Assembly: GCF_009914755.1 (NCBI RefSeq)
Contig: NC_060936.1
Direction: 5' to 3' (one strand)
DNA from: the human T2T-CHM13v2.0 reference genome, Homo sapiens
Length of the DNA: 64,000 bases
Shown here: positions 1 to 24,814 of the stretch, one piece after another
How positions within the stretch are numbered: the stretch's first letter is position 1
Layout: the number at the start of each line of letters is the position of its first letter
Position numbers and translations under genes: made by a program
The notes under the pieces: generated by a model
The model's input: only the letters and a program-made list of their open reading frames with translations
The model's database searches: none
What the model was told of the DNA's origin: nothing

Positions 1-2020
<2,020 letters not shown>

Positions 2021-2337
2021 GTGTTAAGTTTTTAAATACGATACCTGGTTTTTAACTGATATAAGCCAGGCAGACCATGGTCCTATGGTGGCTCTACTGA
2101 GAGCAGCTTTGGCTTAAGAGAGTGGGTAGGAAAGGGATTAGACTATCAAGAACAAGTCATTTATTTTTAGTAATCACTGATGACTAGAAAATAAACTCCA
2201 AACACAGGTGAATTCTCTGAGCTTGGAGTTTTGTGCTAGGCATAGGCAGACAGTTGCCTCATTCTCTTATTCTCTATGTTGTTTTAAACTACATTCATGG
2301 TCAAGAGAGGAAATTTAGCTATCTTCACGATTATCGT

Positions 2338-2535
2338 TCTTTTTTAAAAATATAATTTCAACTTTTAGATTTGGGGGTACACGTACAGACTTGTTACATG
2401 GGTATATTGAGTGACGCTAAAGTTTGGGGTACAGTTGGTCCCGCCAGCAGGTAGTGAACACAGTACCCAACAGTTAGTTTTTCACCCCTTGTTCCTTTCC
2501 TCCCTCCTTCCCCCTCCCCCCAGATTATTGTTCTT
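2338..2535 (-). mobile_element. Old L1 3'-end fragment (L1PB/L1MA-like)
   Basis: Resembles an antisense L1 3' UTR (gggggtacacgtacagacttgttacatgggtatattg...agtacccaacagttagtttttc). Confidence 0.7.
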
Positions 2536-2800
2536 TCTAAACTGTTAGAAAAAGGGTTATACTTCTTACATACCACTTGGATGCATGTGGTATAACCCAT
2601 GGAGTTTTGCTGCCAACTAAGGTCCCCAAGTAGGTCATGAAAGCCCAGATCATGGCTTGCATTTTGAAAGTTCCAGACTTTTCAGAGATCTGGCTTTGGG
2701 CTTTATTCACGGAGGAGTAACTGTAGGGTTTTTTTCCCCCAATGAACAAATAATGGATGGTGACCCTTCCATAAAGAAGGCACCACTTTGGAATTGAGGC

Positions 2801-3000
2801 CAGTGAATTGACTGCAAATTCAGAAGCCAAAAGGGTATGCCTAGTATACTGTCAGAAGCCAGAGGTGGGGGTATGCCTAGTATACAACAACTCAGTGAAT
2901 TGACTGCAAATGCAGAAGCCAAAGGCATATGCCTAGTATACAACAACTCAGTGAACTGACTGCAAATTCGGAAGCCCAAGGGCTACGCCTAGTATGCTGT
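2801..3000. repeat. Minisatellite, 56-bp unit (CAGTGAATTGACTGCAAAT..CAGAAGCC..TATGCCTAGTATAC), 3 copies plus 1 partial
   Basis: Unit starts at 2801, 2893 and 2949, with a partial copy at ~2853. Confidence 0.85.
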
Positions 3001-3456
3001 CTTTCCAGGAATTGAGTTTTCTCAAAATCTAGGAGGAAATGGAGTGGTTTGTAGAAGATGCTTCAATCTTACTATCAGTATGGAAGCAATGAATGAATAA
3101 AAGAAAAATAAAGGAATACAGGCTAATTTAACTGGAGGAAGATCTTAAAGTATAGGGAAGACAGAAATGGAACAGGAAAGAACATGAACTTAGGTCTCTA
3201 AAGCTTTTAAAAGGAGGGTGCAGAAGAGGGATCCTTGTTGGTTATGACCCTACCGGATATGGTAACTGGGTTCCAAGGAAATATAACAGAGGCAGAGTGT
3301 GAAGAGCTCAGAAAATAGATTGGCATATGTTCCCCCCATCCCTTGTCCCCCTCTCCACTGTAAGAGCTCAGATTCAATAAACCCTTGGGGAAATTGTCTT
3401 TTAAATAGTTCTCCAATTGCTTTTATAGGTTCTGTCAAGTCATAACAGAAAATGTG

Positions 3457-6660
<3,204 letters not shown>

Positions 6661-7320
6661 TGTTTTTAATTTTTTATTTTATAATGAGGGCTAAATTAAG
6701 TGTTTTTCTTCATTTTCTTTCTGGGGAACAAAGAGGAAATTCCCTTCCTTGTATAGAAACGTGAGGAATGGGACAAAATTGTCCCCCTCCAAAATTGGTA
6801 TCTACACAGAGAATCCATCTGTTTTCCCAAAATAAGTCCTTCTATTCCCTTTACCAGAGCTGTGTAGTTGAAAAAAAAATTTTCAGCCTAGAATTTTAAT
6901 GCTCATACTCATTAACATGGTTTGAAAAATTGTATTCTTCCCTAATTCATTGTAAAACTATCCCTGATACAAAGGTCATAATCTCTGACAGTGCTGCTTT
7001 TAAAAAGGGGTGTCATTTGAGATTTTTGGTTTTCTTTACCAAGAAAACATATTTTGAACTTTCTAAATAGCATGTAAAATTTTATAATGTTACATTGTCT
7101 GTGAAGAGATAATAGGAATTTTTTACACAGTTACTTGTCAGTCATACCATGGTGGAAAGAGGAGCAGGAGAAAAAGAAGTTTTTGTCCATGAGGAACTTT
7201 CACTGTAGTCCAGGAGGCAACATCAGACATGAATTAGAAGGGGGATAAAAGCTAAGAGAGCTGTTGGTTTAGTAGCTACATTAGTAGGAAGCTAAACTTG
7301 TAAAACTGCACTTCTGTTAA

Positions 7321-9306
<1,986 letters not shown>

Positions 9307-10101
9307 TTCACCTGACTTTTAAAGGCATCACTATTTCTTGAGAATTATAGGGTGTGAAGACTTATAATATTGAAATCCTTGGCTTTGATACTTCAGACTG
9401 TTTGAACCTTGTGTTGTGGTTTCTTCTTTACCTTCTCCTTTCTTTATAATACAACATTACTTCTGGGTAATAGCAGAAACAGCCATTATCCTTCTGTTGC
9501 ATTCCAAAGTGCCTTTTGCATTTTAAGGTTGAGGGCTTTTTATTTGCTTTTTGTTTTAAGAGCTTGCTGGACAAACAGTCCAGCATTTTACATGCTATTA
9601 TAAAATGTTTGACAGAATCAGATAATAAAATAAATGGAACTGTATTATTATATGCTGCCATTTTAACTAATACCTCAGCTATCTCGACTTCCATTACCTA
9701 TCACATTATCTAGATTCTAGAATATGCTTAAGAATTAGGACAAAGGCAAAAGCCTATTCGTTCTAAACACTATAGCTTTTATTTTAAGCATGGGAAAATG
9801 CCTTTGGCCCTCGCTGAAAATTTATTCTTTTATGTATACTTGGGACAAGCATGGTTATCAGGTTTCTGAGACTGCAGTAAAAAGGAGACAGGTTACTCTG
9901 GGCAGGTATAGTGATAGCCCTGGTGGCTCAAAGAGAGGGAAGAGACAAGGAAAAAACCATAGAAAGCAATACATTAGTTCTGGGCCATTTAGTGGAGTAG
10001 CAAATAGCCCTTACGCCTTGGAAGGTCATGATGGTTATCAACTCATTAAAAATTATGTTTAGTATCTTCAGTTTGAAAAGGTAAAATAAAAAAATACTTT
10101 C

Positions 10102-11080
<979 letters not shown>

Positions 11081-11157
11081 ATTGATGTTATTTCTGTTAA
11101 ATAATAGCTGAGAAAATCTGCCTTAGACTGTAGAACTGTGGTGCAATGGCCACCAGC

Positions 11158-11262
11158 CTAATGTTGCCAGGTAAAATACAGGGTGCCTGAAAATTTGAAT
11201 TTCAGATGAAAAACAAAGAATTTTTAGTATATGCATATCCCAAATATACCACAGGACAGACT
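11158..11262 (+). mobile_element. MER53-like DNA element fragment
   Basis: gttgccaggtaaaatacagg...aaatttgaatttcagatgaaaaac...tttttagtat resembles the MER53 5' half. Confidence 0.6.
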
Positions 11263-11591
11263 TTTGTCCAGTCTTTTTTTTTTTTTTTTTTTTTACATGC
11301 CTGTGTACATGTATCTGTTTTGGGTGGGTAGGGAGGTTTTTTGTTCTGTAAAATTTGGATCATGTTCTCTTTTTGTTAAACAAGAGATCATGGGTATTGG
11401 CAATGCCAGATATTCTTTGGAAATAGCAGAAAATTCTTTCCAAATGGCTTGAAATTTCAGTGCCCAGAGGAATATAGTAATCTCAAAGTTATTGAGGGCA
11501 AACTTACCTCTCCAGAATAGCATTCCCTGAGGATCCCAGAGAGCCCAGATTCCACTTAGCTTTAAACTGTGGGATTTGTGTTCCTTTTTAG

Positions 11592-11810
11592 GCGGGTGCC
11601 ACGTCTATGTGGGCTTCGTGCTGTGGGCTGCTGAATGAAGTCATGGGAACTGGAGCTGTCAGGGGCCAGCAGTCAGCATTTGCAGGAGCCACCGGTCCAT
11701 TCAGATTTACACCAAACCCTGAGTTTTCCACCTACCCACCAGCAGCTACGGAAGGGCCCAACATAGTTTGTAAAGCCTGTGGGCTTTCATTTTCAGTCTT
11801 TAGAAAGAAG
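11592..11810 (+). CDS. RNF34: RNF34 coding exon (219 nt; AGATSMWASCC...VCKACGLSFSVFRKK), start of FYVE-type zinc finger
   Basis: Acceptor ttccttttTAG|GCG and donor AAG|gtgagt; phase 0-0. Translation matches the RNF34 N-terminus as recalled. The initial Met-Lys codons are not in the window. Confidence 0.96.
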
Positions 11811-12936
11811 GTGAGTTGGATGAAATGTTACATAACAACACACATGGGTCAGCATTCTTGATTGTAGGTTATTTTGAATAGCTATTGAATTTTCATTTCT
11901 GTTTATAAAAATATCAAAAGCTTAGTTCCATTAGCCATTTTCCATCTAGAAAAATACTTAATTGGAGGGATTATATTACTGCTCAAGTTTTATAGACATT
12001 GTTTCTCATGTTCAGGCATCCTTTCTCCTGAACTTTGACCTGTTTGTATCATTTTATTTTCTATTATGTTTATTTCCAAAAGCAAGAAATTTGTTAGTCT
12101 GTAGTTTTGTTCACAAATGATTTACTGTAACTATGATTCAGATTCAAGTTTCAAAAAAGTATCCCGTACCTTAACTTTCAAATGAATAAATGAATGCAAT
12201 AAATTAACTACTCTTTAGAGATTCAACATCAAATACTTAGCTAACAGTTATTTTCACTAAGATGGAAAGTCATTCAGAGACCCATCATATTGGTAGGCCT
12301 CCTTGCTCTCTTTGATCTTTAGTTTAGTCTTCTGAAATACTTAAGGAAAAAAAATGTTAGCTTGCAGGAACAATGCAGCGAGCAGAAACGACCACATCTT
12401 AGTGCCCTCTTTAAGCTTCTCTAGTGGCAAGGCTTTGATTGTGATTAGGCTGTGTAGTTTACAGATTACTGTATTAGTGGGTCCTGTATTTTCTTGGATT
12501 CACCTTGAGAGATCAGTTGCCTTTCTCTTTCCCTGTCAGTCTGTTATGCTTTTTGTCTCCTGCTCTTTAAATGGAGGAAATTGTTCATGTAGGAAAAGAC
12601 CAGGAAGTGTGATTCTGCTTTCTGCTCTGTGTGGTTCAAGCTCTGTTTTGTTAATTACATGTTTATACCAAGGGGTGGAAAGGTTTTAATTCATTAACAC
12701 AAGAGTGTGTTTTTCTTAAAGTCCTATATTAGAACTTCTGTGAATCCAGACTGCCTTGGCAATGAATATTTTGATTTTCATGGCTTTTGAAACATGAAAA
12801 TACCTCTGGAAATAGTCTGGTGCCACTGGGGACTTCACTAAGAACTAAAATTAAATTTTAGTAGAAGGCAGAAAGAAAACTCATGCTTTCATAATGGTTT
12901 ATATCTTGCTGTCATCAAATGCTTTTCTTTCTTCAG

Positions 12937-13344
12937 CATGTTTGCTGTGACTGCAAGAAGGATTTTTGCTCCGTTTGTTCAGTCTTACAAGAAAATCTCC
13001 GTAGATGTTCTACTTGTCACTTATTACAAGAGACAGCATTTCAGCGCCCTCAGTTAATGCGACTGAAGGTGAAGGACCTGCGGCAGTATCTCATTCTGAG
13101 AAATATACCCATAGATACTTGTCGTGAGAAAGAAGACTTGGTGGATCTAGTACTGTGCCATCATGGACTAGGCTCTGAGGACGACATGGACACAAGCAGT
13201 CTGAATTCTTCAAGGTCCCAGACTTCTAGCTTTTTTACACGTTCGTTTTTTTCAAACTATACAGCCCCCTCTGCTACTATGTCTTCGTTTCAGGGAGAGC
13301 TTATGGATGGAGACCAAACATCCAGATCTGGAGTGCCGGCACAG
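12937..13344 (+). CDS. RNF34: RNF34 coding exon (408 nt; HVCCDCKKDFC...SGVPAQ), rest of FYVE-type finger and first SAP-like domain
   Basis: Acceptor cttttctttcttcag|CAT and donor CAG|gtacga; CxxC pairs continue the finger in frame; phase 0-0. Confidence 0.97.
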
Positions 13345-14007
13345 GTACGAGGGGGTAACTAATTACACCCAGGGCCCGGCACGCTTATTCTTGGCCGTAT
13401 ATGGTGGGGCCTTTAGTGCTTGATGACTTCTGATAAACTTCAAGTCATGTGCTGGAGTGAAGCTTCCACACCCAGCTGAACTCTGCACTTAAAGGCTGTC
13501 CTGATGTATAGTGTCTGCTGAGGTGCTAGGTGGCTCCAAAGTCTGCTGTCTGAAGGGTCCCAAAATAGCTCATCAGTCTCTTGGCCTTAGTTAATTTCTC
13601 TGTCTTACACAGTTAGACACTAACTGTTGAAGAAATGGCTGTGAAAAAGTAGCACATACACATTTGTAGTGTTATGTGTTAGTGCACGTGTTTCAGTGAC
13701 CACAGAAAACAATCAGTAGTGTAAGTTAGCCTAATGCCCATTTGTCTTGCTACAGTGAAATTGTTCTAATTTAGTTAATGAAAGAGCCATCTGAATTAGT
13801 GAAAAAATGTAGTTATTTACTAATTGTAATTAATAATATTGTCCCAGTGAGGTCCTTGGACATCCTGATTGAATAACATGTAAAGGCTTGTAATTAATAT
13901 TTACTTGTACGTGAGTGATTCTAAACTGCTGAAAGAAATGTTTTGAACAAATTTTTTCACGCTTAATTTTCTTCTCTGAAGAAGGGGGTTATTAAAAGTA
14001 GAGGAAA

Positions 14008-14156
14008 GCTGGATGCGGTGGTGTGAGCCTGCAGTCTGATACTTGGCAGGCTGAGGCAAGAGGATTGCTTTAGTTCAGGAGTACGAGGCTGCAGGTGTAC
14101 CATGATTGCAACTGTGAATAGCCACTGTACCCCCAGCCTGGGCAACATAGCAAGAC
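14008..14156 (+). mobile_element. FAM-like (7SL-derived fossil Alu monomer)
   Basis: Monomer retaining the 7SL-type tgtgaatagccactg...gcaacatagcaagac end. Confidence 0.7.
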
Positions 14157-14436
14157 TTTTTTTTTTGTTTGGAGGCAGAGTCTCACTCTGTTGCCCAGGC
14201 TAGAGTGAAGTGGCGAGATCTTAGTTCACTGCAACCTCTGCCCCGCTGGGTTCAAGCAATTCTCCTGCCTCAGCCTTCCGAGTAGCTAGGATTACACCCC
14301 AGTTAATTTTTGTATTTTTAGTAAAGATGGGGTTTCACCATGTTGGTCAGGCTGGTCTCGAATACCTGACCTCAGGTTATCTACCTGCCTTGGCCTAAGT
14401 GCTAAGATTACAGGCATGAGCCAACCGCGCCTGGCC
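14157..14436 (-). mobile_element. AluS-like element
   Basis: Antisense Alu consensus. Confidence 0.9.
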
Positions 14437-14501
14437 AAGAGTGTCTTTTAATTAGTAAATGAATAAATGCAGAGGGAAATTTGGTCTAATTGCCTTCTAG
14501 A

Positions 14502-14839
14502 TATAGTCCTGTGTCCTCTAATAATGTTTTGGTCAGTGATAGACCACATACACGGCAGTGGTTCTGTAAGATTATAATACCATATTTTTATTGTACCTTT
14601 TTTGTGTTTAGATATGTTTAGATACACAAATACTTATTACTGTGTTATAGCTGCCTACAGTATTCAGTACACTAACGTGATGTACGGCTTCGTAGCCGGC
14701 CATGCCCTATAGCCTAGGTGTGTAGCAGGCTGTGCCATCTAGGTTTGTGGAAGTACACTGTGATGTTCGCACAATGACAAAATCGCCTAAGGACACATTA
14801 CTCAGAACGTCTCCTAGTCGTCAAGCAACACATACTGTA
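14502..14839 (+). mobile_element. Tigger3a/MER7A-like DNA transposon MITE
   Basis: taagattataatac...gatatgtttagatacacaaatactta...gatgttcgcacaatgacaaaatcgcctaa; degenerate TIRs with TA flanks. Confidence 0.8.
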
Positions 14840-15674
14840 GTCGTAAATTAGATAAGTCCAAGCCAGGAGTTTTATTATTCTCCCAAATGAGAATTGGCAT
14901 ATTTATGCTGCAAACATAAGGCACAGCTGACTTACATACCCCTTTTGGGTATACACCACCATTTGGGTGATGTGGATTGTTGGATGCTACAGTATGGTGC
15001 CTGGCAATCAGGGTGGAATATTTGAAATTGGGAACCGACCTAGCTTATTGGAGAGCTATTGTCAAATATAGTCAAAAGAAAATATGTGAAGGAAGGTACA
15101 TAACCCAAACTGAAGAGATTTGTGTTTTCTAAAGTGTTCTGATTGAGAAATTTTAAAAACTAGAATTAGCCTCAGCCATCAGTGAAGTCTAGAAAGCCTT
15201 CGTTGGAATTAGATTGTCTAAGTACGCTGTGGTAGGACTGAGATCTTTCAAATCAGATGCCCCTGATGCTTGGGCTGACCCATCAGAGCTTTAGCTTTTT
15301 TCTGTCTGCATCTTACAGGCTCCAGTTAAACTAGCCATTTGCAGGTACTTTGATAATGACACAGTGCTGTCCCATATCCTTAATGGCTTTGGCATTCCAT
15401 TATGGGACCTTCCTGAGAGAGTTAATACTCTGGTTAGATTTTATAACTTTACACACACACAGGAATTTGTGTTTTGAGCTAACTTTATGGAAGGTAGGTT
15501 CTTCATGCAATTTTGTAGGGCCCAACTTTTTGGAAGGGTCAGCAGCATTCTGAATCCAAAGATGTGCATTATGCTGGCTTTCTGGTCATCATGGGGAGCA
15601 TCAATGACAAGGTTTTCTCTAGTGATAAATACAGATTGATTCCTGACCTAATCAGATACGTTGTATAAGTGTAG

Positions 15675-15767
15675 GTACAAAGTGAAATCACTTCAGCAAA
15701 CACAGAAGATGATGATGACGACGATGATGAGGATGATGATGATGAAGAAGAAAACGCAGAGGATCGG
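15675..15767 (+). CDS. RNF34: RNF34 coding exon (93 nt; VQSEITSANTEDDDDDDDEDDDDEEENAEDR), acidic tract
   Basis: Acceptor gtgtag|GTA and donor CGG|gtgagg; GAT/GAC/GAA-rich; keeps frame between the flanking exons. Not in the ORF track in sense. Confidence 0.93.
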
Positions 15768-16009
15768 GTGAGGCCACCTATAAAATTTGGTTTCCCTGAC
15801 ATGTCAGCCTGACAGGAAGGGACAGTGCCCTGTGGACATTCGCTAGATTAGTACAGGATGTTTCTTCTGGTTTGAATGTAGGACAGTATACTGAAACACT
15901 TCTAGGACTGCTGAGATGGCTGGGAGAATATTCAGGGCCAGTGATGAGTTTAGAGTGGGGAGGGTCTGGACTTATGGGACCAGGGCTAATGGATGCTCTG
16001 TGGTTTCAG

Positions 16010-16211
16010 AACCCCGGGCTCTCCAAGGAGAGAGTGAGAGCTTCACTGTCTGACTTGTCAAGCCTTGATGATGTGGAAGGAATGAGCGTGCGCCAGCTGA
16101 AGGAAATTCTGGCTCGGAATTTTGTCAACTATTCTGGCTGTTGTGAAAAATGGGAACTGGTAGAGAAAGTAAACCGGTTATACAAAGAGAATGAAGAAAA
16201 CCAAAAGTCCT
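16010..16211 (+). CDS. RNF34: RNF34 coding exon (202 nt; [10 protein letters not shown]...NEENQKS), second SAP-like domain
   Basis: Acceptor tttcag|AAC and donor TCC T|gtaggt; ends in phase 1, matching the next exon. Confidence 0.96.
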
Positions 16212-16687
16212 GTAGGTTTATCTTTTCATTTTTTCCCTGTAGTATTTTTCCTTAGGCTTTTAAAAACTGGGTTGTTTTTGTCACAATTAAGTCAAATTTA
16301 TTTTTGAGAAAGCTGTGTACCATTTTACTGAGTATCAGTTAGTTACATGAGCCTGTTTATAGATCTGGAAAGGAGTAACTTCATTATGTGATGTTCATTA
16401 TGGCTGCGAGACCACCACTGCCAAGTGAGTTAGAAAATTATTCAATTTGGTTTTTCTTACTATAATTAACTATTTGTTACAACCCTAATTAAATTCCTCG
16501 TCTCTGTAAAAATGCTTATTTTCTCACTAATGCCTTTGGCCGGCCAGTACCTTGGTTCTCTCAACTTTTAAATCTAACAGTAGGGGGAAAATTCCCTATA
16601 GCCCAGATGTTACATAGTTCTTAGCATCAACTATCTGTAGATTTCTGTGTAAGTCACAAAAAGCTGAGGTTAAGAACTTCTGAACTA

Positions 16688-16993
16688 GGCTGGGCTTGGT
16701 GGCTCACAACTGTAATTCTAGGACTTTGGGAGGCTGAGGCAGGAGGATCACTTGAGCCCAGGAGTTTGAGACCAGCCTGGGCAACATAGAGAGATCCCAT
16801 CTCTAAAAAAAAAAAAAAAAAAAAAAAAAAACCAAAAAAACCTGGTGTGGTGGCACCAGCCTGTGGTCCCAGCTACTTGGGAGGCTGAGGGGGGAGGATT
16901 GCTTGAGCCTGCAGGGAGCCGTGGTCATGCCACTGCACTCCAGCCTAGGTGACAGAGCAAGACTGTCTCAAAACAAAACAAAACAGAACAAAA
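16688..16993 (+). mobile_element. AluJ-like element with expanded mid poly-A
   Basis: Alu consensus match. Confidence 0.88.
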
Positions 16994-18818
16994 ACTTCTC
17001 AACTATACATTGATGAAATTTGGCACAGAAATTCTTCCTCAGCTGGTAACACGATCAAGCCACGGAACATTTATGGACAAGAAAAAATAATTCAGTTGTA
17101 TTTATTTTTTTCTTTTTAATTGTAAAAAAAATATATATGTACTTAATATTTTTAAATTGAGACAGGGTCTCACTATGTTGCCCAGACTAGTGCTGAATTA
17201 GGCGTGGGCCACCATGCCTGACCCTCAGTGGTGTTCAGACTAACAAATCTTATGTTCCTATCTAGCTTAAACAGCCCTCCCATCATTAACTTTTATCATC
17301 TTGAGTTTTGTCCTTTAAAAGCTGGTTATAATACAGCATTTGTTGATGAACAGGTTTATGCCCAGAATATGCACAAAATATTTTGGCAATCCTACTTCAA
17401 AGATGATGTCACAGTGGTAGATGCAGGAATCTTCATCCTCAGAGCTTTCAGAGGTCGTAGGCTGCTGGCTGGGAAATGGTTTTCTGGCAGTGAGGGGAGA
17501 AGTCAGTTGACTTCATAAATGTAAATAGCAACTATGTACAGTGCACAACGATAATGCCATTCCCACCCTTAAGTACTTTGCGGCGTAGGATATAACATGG
17601 TTGTTATTATGACAGCATGGTTTCCAGTGTCTTTCTCCATTAACTCACTGCATAATCTAACCCTAGTTCAATCTCTGGCTTGGGTGGAACACACATTTTG
17701 TTTTGAGCACAGCTGGCATCTTTCCTAGCTTGACTGGCTCCAAGTCACTACCAAGATTGTTCCCATATCCCTGACAAGATACTGGCTCCTCTGCTTTCCT
17801 AAGTTCTAAAGAGTGGGAAGGAACCCTCCACACAGAAGGAGAGACCAAGGCCCACTCTGATTTCATCTTGAGTTGCCTAGTGCCTTCTCCATTGGCATAT
17901 CTGCCATCTCATCCCATAGATCCTTTCTCCCCAGGTCCACACCAGTAGTCGTGGGCCATGAACTAAGACCCCAGATCACAAGAATCTCTCCCCATGAATG
18001 GCAGTAAAACATTTCTCTTAAATCTAGAGACTACTGACCTTTCAAGCTTGAATTCCTGTTCTGTTCCAACTATTCATGATTCCCTTTGATCTCCTCTGAC
18101 CTGTAGAAAGGGAAGCACCCAAATCCATAGCCCTATGGCCAAATCTCAGGCTGGGGTTAACTTTTTTTTAACTTATTCATCGTCTTTCTTATTCACAGAC
18201 TGGATTTTCTCAGATGTAAAGGTGGGCCAAGAGCCAGGACGGCCCATCTCTTTCAAGTTAGACTTCAGCAGGGCCAGGAACACAGATGGCTTGAGATGAT
18301 TCTAAGGCTAGGGAGGGAAGGATGCACAATTATTCCTAACTTTCCTAAGGGGGAACTAAGGCTCCTTTTCCTACTGAGATGAGGCTCCAGAGACTGTGGT
18401 GTTCCCAGGGCTACAAAGCTGGGGCAACTGAGTTAAATTCCAATAGCATCCTGACTCCAAAGCCCATCTACAGAAGACCAGCTGAGGGTTTCTTTTTCTA
18501 GTTACAGAAGTAATATATCCCTATCACAGATGTCTTGAATTAGACAAAGATATAAAATAGAAATACATAGCTAACATTTGTTGGGTACGTCAAGCATTTT
18601 ATTCTTTACAAAACCCTGAGGTATAGCTTTTATCATTGCCATTTCTAGTGGAGAGAACCAAAGTGCAGAGAAGTTGGGATTATTTCTTGTACAACACTGG
18701 GGTGGCATTGGGCCTGCAGGGGTCATTCAGCAGGTGGCTGCTCAGCTTCGGACTGGGAGGGTGGCTGGCTGACTGGCCATGCCTGAAGCCGAGGCCTTAG
18801 CTCTCTGTTGCCTTTCAG

Positions 18819-19009
18819 ATGGCGAGCGGCTGCAGCTGCAGGATGAGGAAGACGACAGCCTGTGTCGCATCTGCATGGATGCCGTCATCGACTGTGTCCT
18901 ACTGGAGTGTGGGCACATGGTTACCTGCACCAAGTGCGGCAAGCGCATGAGTGAGTGTCCCATCTGCCGGCAGTATGTGGTGCGAGCCGTGCACGTGTTC
19001 AAGTCCTGA
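18819..19009 (+). CDS. RNF34: RNF34 last coding exon, C3HC4 RING finger (CRICMD...CGH...CTKC...CPICR...VHVFKS*)
   Basis: Acceptor cctttcag|AT completes a split Tyr codon; IAP/MDM2-like C-terminal RING; TGA at 19007-19009. The five exons total 1113 nt. Confidence 0.97.
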
Positions 19010-19760
19010 AACAGGCTCCCCTCACCAGGACAGTCACCCCCAAACTTGACCCCCAACATTTCAATGCACAGAAGGGACTGGAAAGTTATGTTCAAAGGCT
19101 GAAGCTATTTTAAAACATTATTTTGACTACTAAGTGGGGACAGAAAGATCCATCCTGAGTTGTGGAAACATTGGTCCATGCCGTGAGCCTGTCTGCCTGT
19201 GGACACGTGAGCTTCCCGGGCTCAGCTGGGCTTTATCACACATCCCGTGAACACTCATTGAAGTCAGCCTGTTTGCGCCATGTGGGCATCAGCCACTGCT
19301 GTCTTGGGAGGACACTTATCCTGTTCTCTTATTTCCCCTTCATCCTATTTTTAACTTAAACTGCTCAGATGTTTGAAACTTCTGTCCTCTTTGGATGAGA
19401 TCAGTGTCCACAAGTGGCCGACATGGAACATGCTGAGCAGTGGCTCCTCTGAATGTTCACTTTATTAGTCATGTATATTTTAAATGCTAACATTTGATGA
19501 ATGTAAGTTTCCACATTGTTGCTGTTTCTGCATTTAAACATAATTGGGAACAACTGACATTCTCTAGTCGACTGCCAGGGCCTTAGACTCCACATGTCCA
19601 TTTTTGTTCAGGTATAGCTTTTTATAGCAAGGGCTGCATCTAGCTTCTTTTATTAGAAGTGTGTGTGCTAAATTCCTTATTAATGTGTAATCAGTTTACA
19701 TTGTTTTGTATAGTGAAGGTGTATTTTCAGTGCTACCCGCTAGCTGATTTTAACTTTAGG

Positions 19761-19766
19761 AATAAA
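19761..19766 (+). terminator. RNF34: RNF34 polyadenylation signal AATAAA (3' UTR ~19010-19790)
   Basis: AATAAA about 750 nt after the stop, with upstream TGTA elements and downstream T/GT-rich sequence. Confidence 0.8.
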
Positions 19767-19882
19767 ATTAGTTTTAAAAGCTTTTGTTTACATTGTCTTG
19801 GTCAGTTCCTAAATCAAGTGACCTGGCCTAGCACCCCTCTTCAGAAGAGATGGTGGGAGCACCTTCAAAGATGTCACATGGG

Positions 19883-23900
<4,018 letters not shown>

Positions 23901-24544
23901 TGTCTCATTTTAATTAAAACTGTTTTGCCATAGTAAAAATAAAAGGGACAAATAGAAAACTCAGCCATCAGCAAGAAAAGGCTTCTTCCACAGGGGCAAC
24001 ATCGTACATTGCTCTTATCAATCACTGAGGAAGGAGGTTGGTTACTTTCTCCATCTTCAGATTCACTAGAGCAGTTGTTTCTGTATGTGAATATGACATC
24101 GCCAGCAGGGTCCTGTCTTTAAAAAAAATTCCGTAATCTAAAATTACTTCTCACTGGTTTCTGCATCTGCCACTTGGGGAAGCCACCTCATGACCAAGTG
24201 TTTCCTACAGCCACCATGGCCCAAGGCTACCTGTACAGGATGCAGCCTCCTGCAGTTGCTCCCACTGTCTCCCAAATCTGGCGAACTTTTAGGCAATGGT
24301 AATGGCAAGTAGCCATGGAATTAATTCTGTGTGGTAAGAGGCACACAGACAGATGATGAGCAGCTCTTCTCCTTAAAGAAGTCTGTGTCTAATTCCTACG
24401 CGTGGCCGTTGTCAGAGTATAGCTCTTTCCCGTTACCTTTACTAGCCAGAAACAGCTTGCTTGCTTTCTGAAGAAAGAGAAATGACGCACCACAGGGTAC
24501 ATCAGATGAATCAGAAATTACATTGTTTGGACTTCAAAACAGTG

Positions 24545-24550
24545 TTTACT
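24545..24550 (-). terminator. KDM2B: KDM2B distal variant poly(A) signal AGTAAA
   Basis: tttact on + strand, near the end of an AT-rich, repeat-free 3' UTR-like tract; TGTA motifs lie upstream on the - strand (~24620). Confidence 0.55.
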
Positions 24551-24814
24551 GACTCTGGGCTTAAACTTCTAGTCCACTCCTAGAACAGAAACCCTCAAAG
24601 TTCAAGAGTGGTTTTTTTTGTACAATTGTTTATACAAATTCAACAAAGGTAAAATCGCATCAGGGAAGGTCTAGGAAACACCACCTTACAACAATGGCAC
24701 TTATAAATGCAGAACTTTACAACTAGGAAATAGCCATGTTACAAACCTAAATGAGAACTCAACTCACACTTCAGAGGAGAGAAGCAAAAGCAAAAGAAAG
24801 GCTATGTGGGAGCA

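Noticed and set aside
2801-3000. CRISPR-like appearance of the palindromic repeat
   Set aside because: Units are tandem with no unique spacers, the context is a eukaryotic intron, and there are no cas genes; it is a minisatellite.
15569-15802. Poly-Ser ORF on the - strand
   Set aside because: Reverse complement of the RNF34 (GAT)n Asp tract.
24097-24116. CTCF-like motif between the convergent genes
   Set aside because: Only the CCAGCAGGG half matches; the GGCGC end is missing.
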